From Octopus bimaculoides (Eukaryota), in NCBI RefSeq assembly GCF_001194135.2, contig NC_068989.1, positions 22,116,431 through 22,151,176 on the forward strand: a DNA stretch of 34,746 nucleotides. The letters are read 5' to 3'. Shown piece by piece: positions 1-11,400 of this stretch (within the stretch, counting starts at the first letter, position 1; each line of letters opens with the position of its first letter). Under the pieces are notes generated by a model. It saw only the letters and a list, made by a program, of their open reading frames with translations. It ran no database searches and was not told the DNA's origin. A program made the position numbers and the translations under genes.

Positions 1-24
1 ATTATTAATCTGCTTGACCAGCAA

Positions 25-365
25 CAACAAACTGGTTAGTAAGCATAGACAATCTGGCTAGGCAGCACAGACAATCTGGCTAGGCAGCACAGACAATCTG
101 GCTAGGCAGCACAGACAATCTGGCAAGGCAGCACAGACAAGCTGGCTAGGCAGCACAGACAATCTGGCAAGGCAGCACAGACAAGCTGGCTAGGCAGCAC
201 TGACAAGCTGGCTTGGCAGCACAGACAAGCTGGCTAGGCAGCACAGACAAGCTGGCTAGGCAGCACAGACAATCTGGCTAGGCAGCACAGACAAGCTGGC
301 TAGTCAGCATTGACAGGCTGGCTAGTCAGCACCAACAAACTGGCTAATTAGCACCAACAACTCAC
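25..365. repeat. 22-bp minisatellite (GGCAGCACAGACAA[T/G]CTGGC[T/A]A), about 11-12 clean copies plus degenerate flanks
   Basis: Period of 22 counted directly (starts at 61, 83, 105, 127, 149, 171). Confidence 0.92.
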
Positions 366-534
366 AAGTTAGTACTAACTTACAGATAGAATCAGAGAAA
401 CAATGGAAATATATAGTAAAACATAATGATTTATGATACTGATACAAAGTAACAATTTTTAAGGTAAGGGCAGAATCAATTAAATTAGCTTAAAACTTTA
501 ACTGGTAATTAAAAATTTATAAATTTGCATATAG

Positions 535-911
535 CACAAGAATGGGGGTATGGTTATGAAGCTTGCCTTGGAACCACATGATCATGGGTTCAGTCCCACT
601 GTGCAGCACCTTGGGCAAGTGTCTCTTAATATGGCCCCATGTTGACCAATGCCTCAAGAGAGAGTTTGGTAGATGGAAACTGTTTGGAAACCCTTCATGT
701 ATGGGTGTCTTGTTTTGTTTGTCCCCCAACACAGCTTGAGAAATGGTATTGGTTTGTGTATGTCCCTGTAACTTAGCAGTTTGGCAAAAAAGACCATAGA
801 ATAAGTACCAGACTTTTAAAAATAATTACTAGGGTCAATTTGTTCGACTAAAATTCCTTCAAAGCATTGCTCCAGTATGACAAGTCTAATGACTGAAACA
901 AGATAAAAGAC
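535..911 (+). mobile_element. tRNA-derived octopus SINE (family A)
   Basis: A/B-box-like head (GGTTCAGTCCCACTG), GGCAAGTGTC body, ACTGAAACAAG.TAAAAG tail; recurs many times in the window. Confidence 0.8.
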
Positions 912-1679
912 GGCACAAATTTAAGAAGGTAATTAATTGACCCCAGTTATTATTTTATATCATATTTTGTGAACCTTGGTAACTAAATACCAAAATGCAT
1001 TTCATATACTCACAGAGTTGCTACTTAGGTCTGATGTCATTAGAATGAAGTGGTACCACAGCTTTCCTGGATACAATGCAAATTCATCACAAGAAACTTC
1101 ACTTAGCTGGAGAACAATCATACTTTAGGTAAGGCACAGATAAGTAGACTTCAGTGTCCTTATCCAGGGGACTGAACAAAGGCAATCACTTGCAATAGGA
1201 TATGGGTTTGCAACCAAGTGATTAATAGACCAGTAACTAGACTTGCAGCTACTCTCTTTCAAATCAAGTCAAACCTTTGTGATGAACACATGAGGTATCT
1301 GTGAGATTCTCTAGTGTTGATGTGATATATTTAATTACTCCAGTTGCGAATGGGCACTCACCATGGCAAGGTGATAAAACAACTGTTTCCGTGCCTTACA
1401 ATGACAGGTTGTGCTAACACACTGGATGTTCTTGTTCTTTAGCTTTCTGCTAACCTGGTCAAGTAGACTTTATAATCAAAAGCCTTCCAACAAAGCCACC
1501 TCACTTTTGTTTAAAGTATAGTGTACGTTGGACAACACTATCCAATGGGTCTTTTATAAGGCAGTGAGTAGGATGTGACTCAGAAATCAGACTTCTATTT
1601 CTTGTTGACTGAGCAGCCGGACAGAAGTTCCCCATGGTAACAATACTGACAGACCCTATTGTAGTAAACTACCCCAATA

Positions 1680-1860
1680 AAATGGTACCATACTGTGATG
1701 AGCTATACCAAGACATATGATACCTTACAGTGGGGAATGTAAGGTACCAACATGGTACTTTAAATGGCAGGTTGTACTAACACATATGGTATCTTATTGT
1801 GGTATGTTGCATCAATATGTATGGTACCTTACAGTGAACTGCACCGACACAGTGAGTACT
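1680..1860. repeat. Degenerate tandem repeat of about 34-35 bp (ATGGTACCTTACAGTG...), about 5 copies
   Basis: ATGGTACC/ATGATACC/ATGGTACT/ATGGTATC recur at about 34-35 nt spacing. Confidence 0.55.
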
Positions 1861-2028
1861 TATTGACATCTTGGTGGAGTGAGCCAGTGAAAGTTCAGGG
1901 ATTCAGCCAAAACAAGATAGCTATGTGGTTTGCATCCCTTCACTGTTCAACAGCTTGTCAGATCCTTCAAGTTATAGTAGTAATAGAAATAGAAATAGCA
2001 GCTAATATTTTAAGTATACTGTTCTTAC

Positions 2029-2146
2029 ACTGGTTTCATTTCCACATTTTCGTCCAATGATTTCTGCAAAACCTGGTGTTGAATCAGCAGTTCTTCGTTT
2101 CTTAACAAGATCTTCTGCTGCTCCTCTTTCAATTTTTTATTCTTTT
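2029..2146 (-). CDS. BUB1: MadBub exon 10: EKNKKLKEEQQKILLRNEELLIQHQVLQKSLDENVEMKP (coiled coil)
   Basis: Acceptor TTCTTATAG; phase 1 is open while phase 2 hits a stop immediately; donor GTAAGA; coiled-coil composition expected after GLEBS. Confidence 0.82.
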
Positions 2147-2367
2147 CTATAAGAAATGAGAGAAATAACAAGGCACTTAGGAGTTACGGTTTAGATTAGA
2201 ATTGTTTCAGGAATGCAAGTACAAATGTCTTGTTATAAAAAGTTACTTTGAAATCATGCGGATCCTAGCTTCATACCACTAGATAGCATTTTGAGAAGAG
2301 CCTTCTTGATCAATGCTTTACAAGTAGAATCTGACAGACAGAAACTATGCAGAAGCCTCTCTGCATA

Positions 2368-2434
<67 letters not shown>

Positions 2435-5419
2435 CATTTGTTTGTTCAAAACTGATTTTTATTCTGCTACCATGGGTTAGACAAGGATCTATTTGAGAAA
2501 TCATAGCTGGTTGCTCTTCCTAGACTTAGCATTTTGGGAAGGGTATCCAGCTGTAAAAACCATGCCAAAATGGACCTTGCCAATGCTGGTGCCATGTAAA
2601 AAGCACTGAGTCCACTCTGTAAGAGTGAGTGGTGTTAAAAAGGGCATCCAGTATAAAAACCATGGCAAAACAGACAGTAAAGCCTGATGCAGTCTTCTGC
2701 ATAGCCAGCTCCTGTCAAACTGTCCAACCCATGCTAGCATAGAAAATGGATGTTAAATGAAGATGATATATATATATATATACATAAACACACACACATA
2801 TCCCTTTTGGCACTGAGTCTTTCAAATTAAAATATACTATGTGGGATTTGTTTCTTCCAATTTTGACTGACAATTCTTTGATACTCTTGCTTCAGAAATG
2901 CAAAAATATAACTAATGTTGCAACTGTCCACCAAATTCAATATAAAATAAGTCGTGAGAAAATAGAATCAATTGTCATATTAGAACTAAAGCATTTGTAG
3001 CACTTGCTAGCAAAATATTCAGAAATCATAGAAGCTTTTCTTTGTGTCTTGTTTATCTCTATCATGTTCAGGCTTCATGAAATTTGTTTGTTATTCAGTA
3101 GACACAAGGTCAGTTTTTGTCTGGGAAGGAAGTTAGTATAGCTGACTGAATGAAAATTATTAGGCTGTGTGATTAAGTTTGGGGTTTATTTCATTTATTG
3201 TGTAACACTGAGAGTAAAACTGGTAGAAGGAAATTATAGGAAGTTCATCACCACATGGTTCCGGATTCAGTCCCACTGCAAGTGTCTTCTACTATAGCTT
3301 CAGATCAAGCAAAGCCTCGTGCATGGATTTAGTAGACGGAAACTGAAAGAAGCCTGTCATATATATATGTGTAGGTGTCTGTGTTTGTCCCCCACCACTG
3401 CTTGACAACTGGTGTTGGTGTGTTTGCATCACCATAATTTGGTGGTTTAGCGAAAGAGACCAATAGAATAAGTATTAAGCTTTAAAAAAAAAGTTCTGGG
3501 GGTCAATTTGTTCAACTAAAATATCTTCCAAGGTGGTGCCCCAGTATGCCTGCAGTTGTCAAGCCAAGTGAAATTGTAGTTGTGACCAATGCCAGTGCTG
3601 CATAACTGGCCTGTTAAAAGCACCTTTCAATCATTGGGCGATATTTTGTGCTTGTGAAAACCTGTTGAACCGAGTGAAATTGAAGTCATGATGGATGCCA
3701 GTGCCATCTAACTAGCACCGTTCAAGAGTTGTGCCTCATGGAGGCAGTGAGAGGTGACCAGGACCTTTGGCAATATACTGGGCTTGTGTTGGCCTGTCAA
3801 GCCAAGTGAGATTGTAGTCATAGCCAATGCCAGTGTCAGATCAATGGCACCCATGCTGGTGGCACATAAAATATACCCACTACACTCCCAGAGTGGTTGG
3901 CATTAGGAAGGGCATCCAGCAATAGAACCTGATACAGCCCCGCAGCTTACCATTTTTGAGTCAAACCATCCAACCCATGCCAGCATGGAAAGTGGACATT
4001 AAATGATGATAATGATGATGAAATCTTTAGGTACAGGCATGGCTATATGGTTAAGAATCTCACTTTGCAACCATGGGTTTCAGGTTCAATCTCACTGTAC
4101 AACACCTTGGGGAAATGTCCTCTACTATAGCCCCAGGCTGACCAATATTCTGTGAGTAAATTTGGTGAACAGAAACTGTGTGGCAGCCTGTCCTTTGTGC
4201 TTGTCTGCCTCAACCCCTCTACTTGATGATTGATGTTAGTTTGTTTACATTCCCGTAACATAGCAGTTCAGCAAAAGAGACCAATAAAATAAGTACCAGA
4301 CTAAAAAATAAGTACTGGGGCCTATCTGTTTAACTAGACCTTTAAAGGCAGTGCCCCAGCATGGCCGCAATCCACGAAGTACGTAAACGACAACTCACCA
4401 ACAAGAGAAAGATACATTTTTTCTTCATGCCTCCGTTTCCAGCGCAGAGCTCGAATTTCTTCGAAGGAAAACTCCTCAACTCCAGCATACACCTTCTCTT
4501 TACAGTACATAGGTAATTGTTTAATTCCACTGGCTGCTGCATTAATTACATCCATTGGTGTAACAGGCTCTTTTTTGGTTTTCTGAACACTGAAATACAA
4601 AGTTTTATAACCCATTACCTCCCATAATTCTATTAACTGGAATTTTTTTAATGAAACTTTGATTTCTAGCATAAAACAGCCTTAGAAACACACTGGAATG
4701 ATCAAATTAACATTTCAAAAAGAAATAAACGAGATATTGGGTGAAAAATTAGCAAACCTCATTTGAATATCAGAGAAATATACCTAGTAGATATAGCAAA
4801 AAGGTTAGATATGTGTAAATATTGGCAGATAATTAAGAAATTTGTAATTTTTAAGTGATCTCACTGGTAGGTAATGGGTTAAAAAATAATAAAAATTTTG
4901 ATAACAATTTCTAAATTTGGCTCATAGTCACAAATTTTAAGAGATGGAAATGTTATAAAAACCAACTCCAGTAAATAATTGTTACTGGATTCTATTGATC
5001 CTGGAAGGACAAATGTTGATCCCTGGCAGGATCTGAACTCAAAACATAAAAACACTAAATCCTAAAAGGCTATCTGTTCAATACTACACTGATTCTATCA
5101 TTAACAACCTTTAATTTCTTACACTGGTTCATGGTCATGGCTATTAGGTAGGAGTGTTTCTCAATTGAATTAACCCTATTAGATTACTGGTACATGTTTC
5201 AAACACCCATAACAAGATTAGAACCCAATAGTATCTTTTACCCTTTACTTGTTTCAGTTGTGAGACTGAGGCCTTGCTGGGGTACCATCTTGAAGAATTT
5301 TTTAGTTAAATGAACCAACCCCAGTACTTATTCTATTCTATCGATCTCTTATGCCAAACTGCTAGGTTATAGGGATGTAAACACACCAACACCAGTTGTC
5401 AAGTGGTGGTGGAGGACAA

Positions 5420-5456
<37 letters not shown>

Positions 5457-8432
5457 CATACACACATGACAGGCTTCTTGTTTTGTTTCCATGTACCAAA
5501 TCCACTTGCAAAGCTTTGGTTGGTTCAAGGACATAGTAGAAGACACCAGCCCAAGGTGCCATACAGTGAGATTGAACCTAGCAAACTTCTAACCACAAAG
5601 CCATGCCTGCACCTATAGTATATAGATGATCACAACTAAACACTACTACATAAGTAGTTAAATCATCTATCATTCTTCACTTCCTAGTCTTTGATAATTA
5701 TGACTTCCAACTTGGCACACAAGGATAGGTACAGGCAATAAAATCAACCACAATAGTTGACTGGGGGCTTTATTCTATTGACCTTAGCTGGATTTGAACA
5801 CAGAGTGTAAAGAGATATAAACAAGGCATTTATTTTGTTTAGTGTTACTGAATGCTGGTTAATGACCAAAAGAACACATTCATGAATACAAGCAAACTGG
5901 AATTCTTCTCAAGAATCTGGAGTAATGTTATTCAATGGGGCACGTAGCTCAGATATCAAGGAATCTTTCCAGGTTAATCCCCTACTTCTTCACATTAAGG
6001 TCACAGTTCCGGTACTATGGACATATGATAAAAATGTTGCAGAAAAGAATCTCAAGAGGGATTCTCAAGCTGAGCTCACCAGCAGGAGATCTAAGAGGGG
6101 ACCAAGAACAAACTGGCATCCAAATGAGAAAAGCGAGTGGAATCTACAAAACCAGATACCATTTTAAGAGCAAGTTCCAATGAAGTATGTAGCCTGGATA
6201 GCAGAAATAGACGATAGGTAAGAATTAAGAGATCTGTATCTCAGAGACTAAGATGTATGGTTTGTGGAGGCAGGATTGGTCCAGAGTTATGTAAACACAG
6301 AGAGTTTTTATGTGAAATCCATATATTTTTTGAAACCTAAACCAACTTTAAGATTCCACTAAACTCAACCAACTTTGAAATTATCTTCAGTTCTCTAGTT
6401 CACTACTAAATATTCAGTCAGTTATTTTTCCAACTAAATATTCAAACATTCAATTTACTTAGACCTGATTGCAGCCATATCAACCAATTAATCAACAAAC
6501 TATGTAGAAACTAGAGTGGATAATATTTCTGCTTTTGTTATGTAATTAAAATCTCAGAACTTACCTTAATGCTTTACTATCTATTTCAGGTACATGTTTT
6601 GGGGTCCTAAATGAACAAAAAAAAAATATATATATATATCATCATCATCATCATCATCGTTTAACGTCCGCTTTCCATGCTAGCATGGGTTGGACGATTT
6701 GACTGAGGACTGGTGAAACCGGATGGCAACACCAGGCTCCAGTCTGATTTGGCAGAGTTTCTACAGCTGGATGCCCTTCCTAACGCCAACCACTCAGAGA
6801 GTGTAGTGGGTGCTTTTACGTGTCACCCGCACGAAAACGGCCACGCTCGAAATGGTGTCTTTTATGTGCCNNNNNNNNNNNNNNNNNNNNNNNNNNNNNN
6901 NNNNNNNNNNNNNNNNNNNNNNNNNNNNNNNNNNNNNNNNNNNNNNNNNNNNNNNNNNNNNNNNNNNNNNNNNNNNNNNNNNNNNNNNNNNNNNNNNNNN
7001 NNNNNNTGAGGCCCAATGTACGAAGGTCTTGCCTCACCACCTCAGCCCAGGTCTTCCTGGGCCTACCTCTTCCACGGGTTCCCTCAACTGTTAGGGTGTG
7101 GCACTTTTTCACGCAGCTATCCTCCTCCATTCTCACCACATGTCCATACCAGCGCAATCGTCTCTCTTGCACGCCACAACTGATGCTTCTAATGTTCAGC
7201 TTTTCTCTCAAGATACTTACACTCTGACGGGTATTCACATTGACATTACACATCCAACGGAGCATATATATATATATATATATATATTAATCTGAATGTT
7301 TTGCTAATTCAACTCATTCAGATTACGATCAAAATTTTATCAATATCATTTGAAATATCAAAGTATTAAAGAAAGAAATTTACAAAATGAAAGGCATCAG
7401 TAACAGAGATAAAGAAATGTGCAATATAGGGAAGAGTCAGAAGGGTACTCAGTATTCTTACATATGTATATCCAAGACAACATGGCCGAGAGGAGAGTGA
7501 TGACTAAGATCAACATGGCCCAGATATATATATATATATATAAATATATAGTTTTAGGGAAAAGAACCAAGGTTCATGAACTCATCGATGAAAATCCAGT
7601 CACATATAGAAAAATTAATAAGTAAAAGCACAATAAATGAGTATAATATAATACAAAGTAAATATCATAAGATAAAGATAATATTATTATTATCTTTATC
7701 TTATATTTACTTNNNNNNNNNNNNNNNNNNNNNNNNNNNNNNNNNNNNNNNNNNNNNNNNNNNNNNNNNNNNNNNNNNNNNNNNNNNNNNNNNNNNNNNN
7801 NNNNNNNNNNNNNNNNNNNNNNNNNNNNNNNNNNNNNNNNNNNNNNNNNNNNNNNNNNNNNNNNNNNNNNNNNNNNNNNNNNNNNNNNNNNNNNNNNNNN
7901 NNNNNNNNNNNNNNNNNNNNNNNNNNNNNNNNNNNNNNNNNNNNNNNNNNNNNNNNNNNNNNNNNNNNNNNNNNNNNNNNNNNNNNNNNNNNNNNNNNNN
8001 NNNNNNNNNNNNNNNNNNNNNNNNNNNNNNNNNNNNNNNNNNNNNNNNNNNNNNNNNNNNNNNNNNNNNNNNNNNNNNNNNNNNNNNNNNNNNNNNNNNN
8101 NNNNNNNNNNNNNNNNNNNNNNNNNNNNNNNNNNNNNNNNNNNNNNNNNNNNNNNNNNNNNNNNNNNNNNNNNNNNNNNNNNNNNNNNNNNNNNNNNNNN
8201 NNNNNNNNNNNNNNNNNNNNNNNNNNNNNNNNNNNNNNNNNNNNNNNNNNNNNNNNNNNNNNNNNNNNNNNNNNNNNNNNNNNNNNNNNNNNNNNNNNNN
8301 NNNNNNNNNNNNNNNNNNNNNNNNNNNNNNNNNNNNNNNNNNNNNNNNNNNNNNNNNNNNNNNNNNNNNNNNNNNTTCTACAGCTGGATGACCTTCCTAA
8401 AGCAAACCACTCAGAGAGTGTAGTGGGTGCAT

Positions 8433-8473
<41 letters not shown>

Positions 8474-11400
8474 GTAAAGAAAGTGGGTGGGGGGAAGAAT
8501 CTTTAGGTGACAACCAACAATTACGTACGCTAAACATCCGGTGTCATCATTTTGCACAACAAATGGGGCTGTCTTGATTACTGAAAGTGATTTTTTTGGT
8601 GTCATCTGAAATAAACAGAAAAAAAAAAAAAAAATTCAATACATGAGAGTGGTAGCATATTCTCATTCAAATAGTTTGTCCACTTTGCACATCAACCAAC
8701 AACGTTTATAATAAGACATTCACCATATTTAAGTAAAAGCGAAAATGTTAATATTGCTGTTGTAAAGTTAGCCCAATCTGTTTTGCTTTTTTCACAACCA
8801 GGTATAATGGCACAGAAATACATTTATTCTTGGAACAAATATTGTTGCTTTCAAGTTTTCAATGGGCCATGATCACTAGTTCGCTGTATTTACAAGAATG
8901 AGAGTAATGGTGGAGGGTCTGAGCAACTCAGACAGAATATCCTGAAGGCCTTGATACAAAAGTATGGCTTTATAAGTTTTCTTGCCAATGTTTACATCTT
9001 CTGTGGGTATCATCATCATCATCATATAACATCCGCTTTCCATGCAAGCATGGGTTGGACGATTTGACTGAGGACTGGTGAACCAGATGGCTACACCAGG
9101 CTCCAATCAGATTTGGCAGAGTTTCTACAGCTGGATGCCCTTCCTAACACCAACCACTCCGAGAGTGTAGTGGGTGCTTTTATGTGCCACCAGCACGAAG
9201 GCCAGTCAGGAGGTACTGGCAACAGCCACGCTCGAAATGGTGTATTTTATGTGCTACCTGCACAGGAGCCAGTCCAGCGGTACTGGCAACGAACTCGCTC
9301 GAATGTCTTTTCACGTGCCACTGGCACAAGTGCTAGGAAGGCGACGTTGGTAACGGTCACGCTCAAATGGTGCTATTTACGTGCCGCTGGCACGGAAGCC
9401 AGACAGCTGGTGCTCTGGCAACGACCACGCTCGGACGGTGCTCTTAGTGATTTACTGGTACAGGTGCCATCACGATTTCGCTTTCGCTTGCCCCAACAGG
9501 TCTTTGCAAGCGGAGTTTAGTGTCCAAAGAAGGAATGCTACGCGTAAGTGAAACACCCACACACACACATATATATATATATATTCTGATGTGGAACATA
9601 GCTGTGATTGCTATCTGCTCATTGGTGAAAGCCATCCCTGCTCTTTTAAGGATTTTTGCTCTATGCCAGACATTTTTATATCTAAAGGACACAGAGCCCT
9701 GGACAGCATTCATAAAGATGGCTGGAGTAAATCCACAATGTTGACTAATTGCTAATAAAAACATCAGTATTTCAACTCCAAACTTCAATTCATCCAAAAG
9801 AAGCCCATCAGTCCTGTTTCAGAAAGCCTAGAAGGGTGCTGCAAGTAAGGTAACTAAATTGAAAACTAATTGTATAATTTACACAACAAAGTTTTTCATG
9901 ATTTAGTATCACCATCAATAATATTTTTAGCTGCAGCCATTTCTGTGTGGAGTTAAGAAATTACCATTGTGTGGCATCTTGGCCAAGTGTCTTCTACAGA
10001 AGCATTGGATTGACTAATACTCTTCTGAATTTGGTAAATGAAAACAGCACAGAAGTCAAGTAAATAAATATTGGAGTTGATATGACTAACTAAACCTCTT
10101 GAAGATAGTGGTACTCTAGCAAGGCCAGAGCCCAATAGTTGAAATCAATAACAGAATAAAAGATTATACTCTTAATTCTCATAAAAAAAACAAAAACTTC
10201 TTAACTCTCTACAGTTATTGAATTTTAAGATGGAATCACCACATAACTCACTCTTTGATAATTACAGTTCACTGCATTGACGGGAGATTACTGCATATCA
10301 TGCATTAGGAACAAAGTGCATAATATGAGAGAGCGGCAAAGGAATAATTTTAATTACTAAAAGACAAAAAAGATGTTGAACAAATGTTGTGTCGACGCCC
10401 CCAAGCGAAGAAGTAGGATCGCCCAAGACATATAAATAGAGGTAGTCTGACCGTGGTAGGGGGGTTGAGTAGAGATCATCCGAAGCAGTAGCTTGAGACA
10501 TAACAACAAATATGAGACAGAACTAGAAATAAATTTAAAAATTTTCAATTCATAAATTTTAAAAGCCTAAAGGTGTAGCATCACATAGAATTTACAGTAA
10601 AAATTTTAAAAGAGTGAAAAGAGAAACAGCTAATGAAATATGCTGTTATTTAAACAGATTTTACTAAATACTTCAGTTATCTAAAACAGAGGTTTTCAAA
10701 CTTTTTGACTTGCGGACCCCTTTATATTTCAGGCTTTACCTTATAAACGCTTATGAAATTTATACATAAATATTTGCTTAAAATAACATATATTTTTACA
10801 TTTGTTTATTTAACAGTATTTAACAAATAGGGTTAATTGTCAATTAAAAGATTTCGATTAAAAACCATATATAAAATCAAATTGCCCATAAAAAGTATTT
10901 GCTGTTCATGGACCCCGTCTTGTCCTTGCGGACCCCGTGGTCCGCAGACCACAGTTTGAAAACCACTGGTCTAAAACACTGACTCAAGCAAATAATGTCT
11001 TTAAGAACAACAATCATGATCTGTGTATTTTGTTGCAAAAATGCTGAAATTACCTTATTTTGTGGCCAAGGTCCTGGATTTCTACAATTCTCCCGATTGA
11101 CTTTTGTCTTAAAAGGGATGCTTTCATATTCATTGCACTGGGGTAAGCCGTCACTTGGAGGATTGTTTTCATCGGTATGTATTTCAAATTTGGATTGTAG
11201 TTGCTGGCTTTTTCCAAGAAGAGGAACTCTGACATCAGCTATTAAGAAAGAATTGTCTTTTAGAATAGATTTCACTACATTAGAATCATACAGACAATTT
11301 GACCAAGCAACAGCTTTAATTTCTAATTTTCCATACGATGGGTCAGATGCAACTATGTTTAGGCAGAGTTTTCAACAGCCAGATGTCTTTTCTGATGCTA

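Noticed and set aside
25-365. Regularly spaced repeat resembling a CRISPR array or a coding repeat
   Set aside because: There are no unique spacers, the context is eukaryotic, and the 22-nt period runs into stops in all frames.
7576-8472. Long ORFs in the track spanning N-runs (also 12508-13202, 24457-24966, 26143-26398, 30798-31448, 31602-32000)
   Set aside because: They are open only because of assembly gaps (X residues) and microsatellites; not genes.
8525-8529. Alternative phase-0 donor (TAC|GTAATT) joining exon 7 directly to a second acceptor in exon 9
   Set aside because: It is frame-compatible, but the 42-nt exon 8 has strong splice sites and family-like sequence and requires the phase-2 donor. 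The skip isoform cannot be supported without RNA data.
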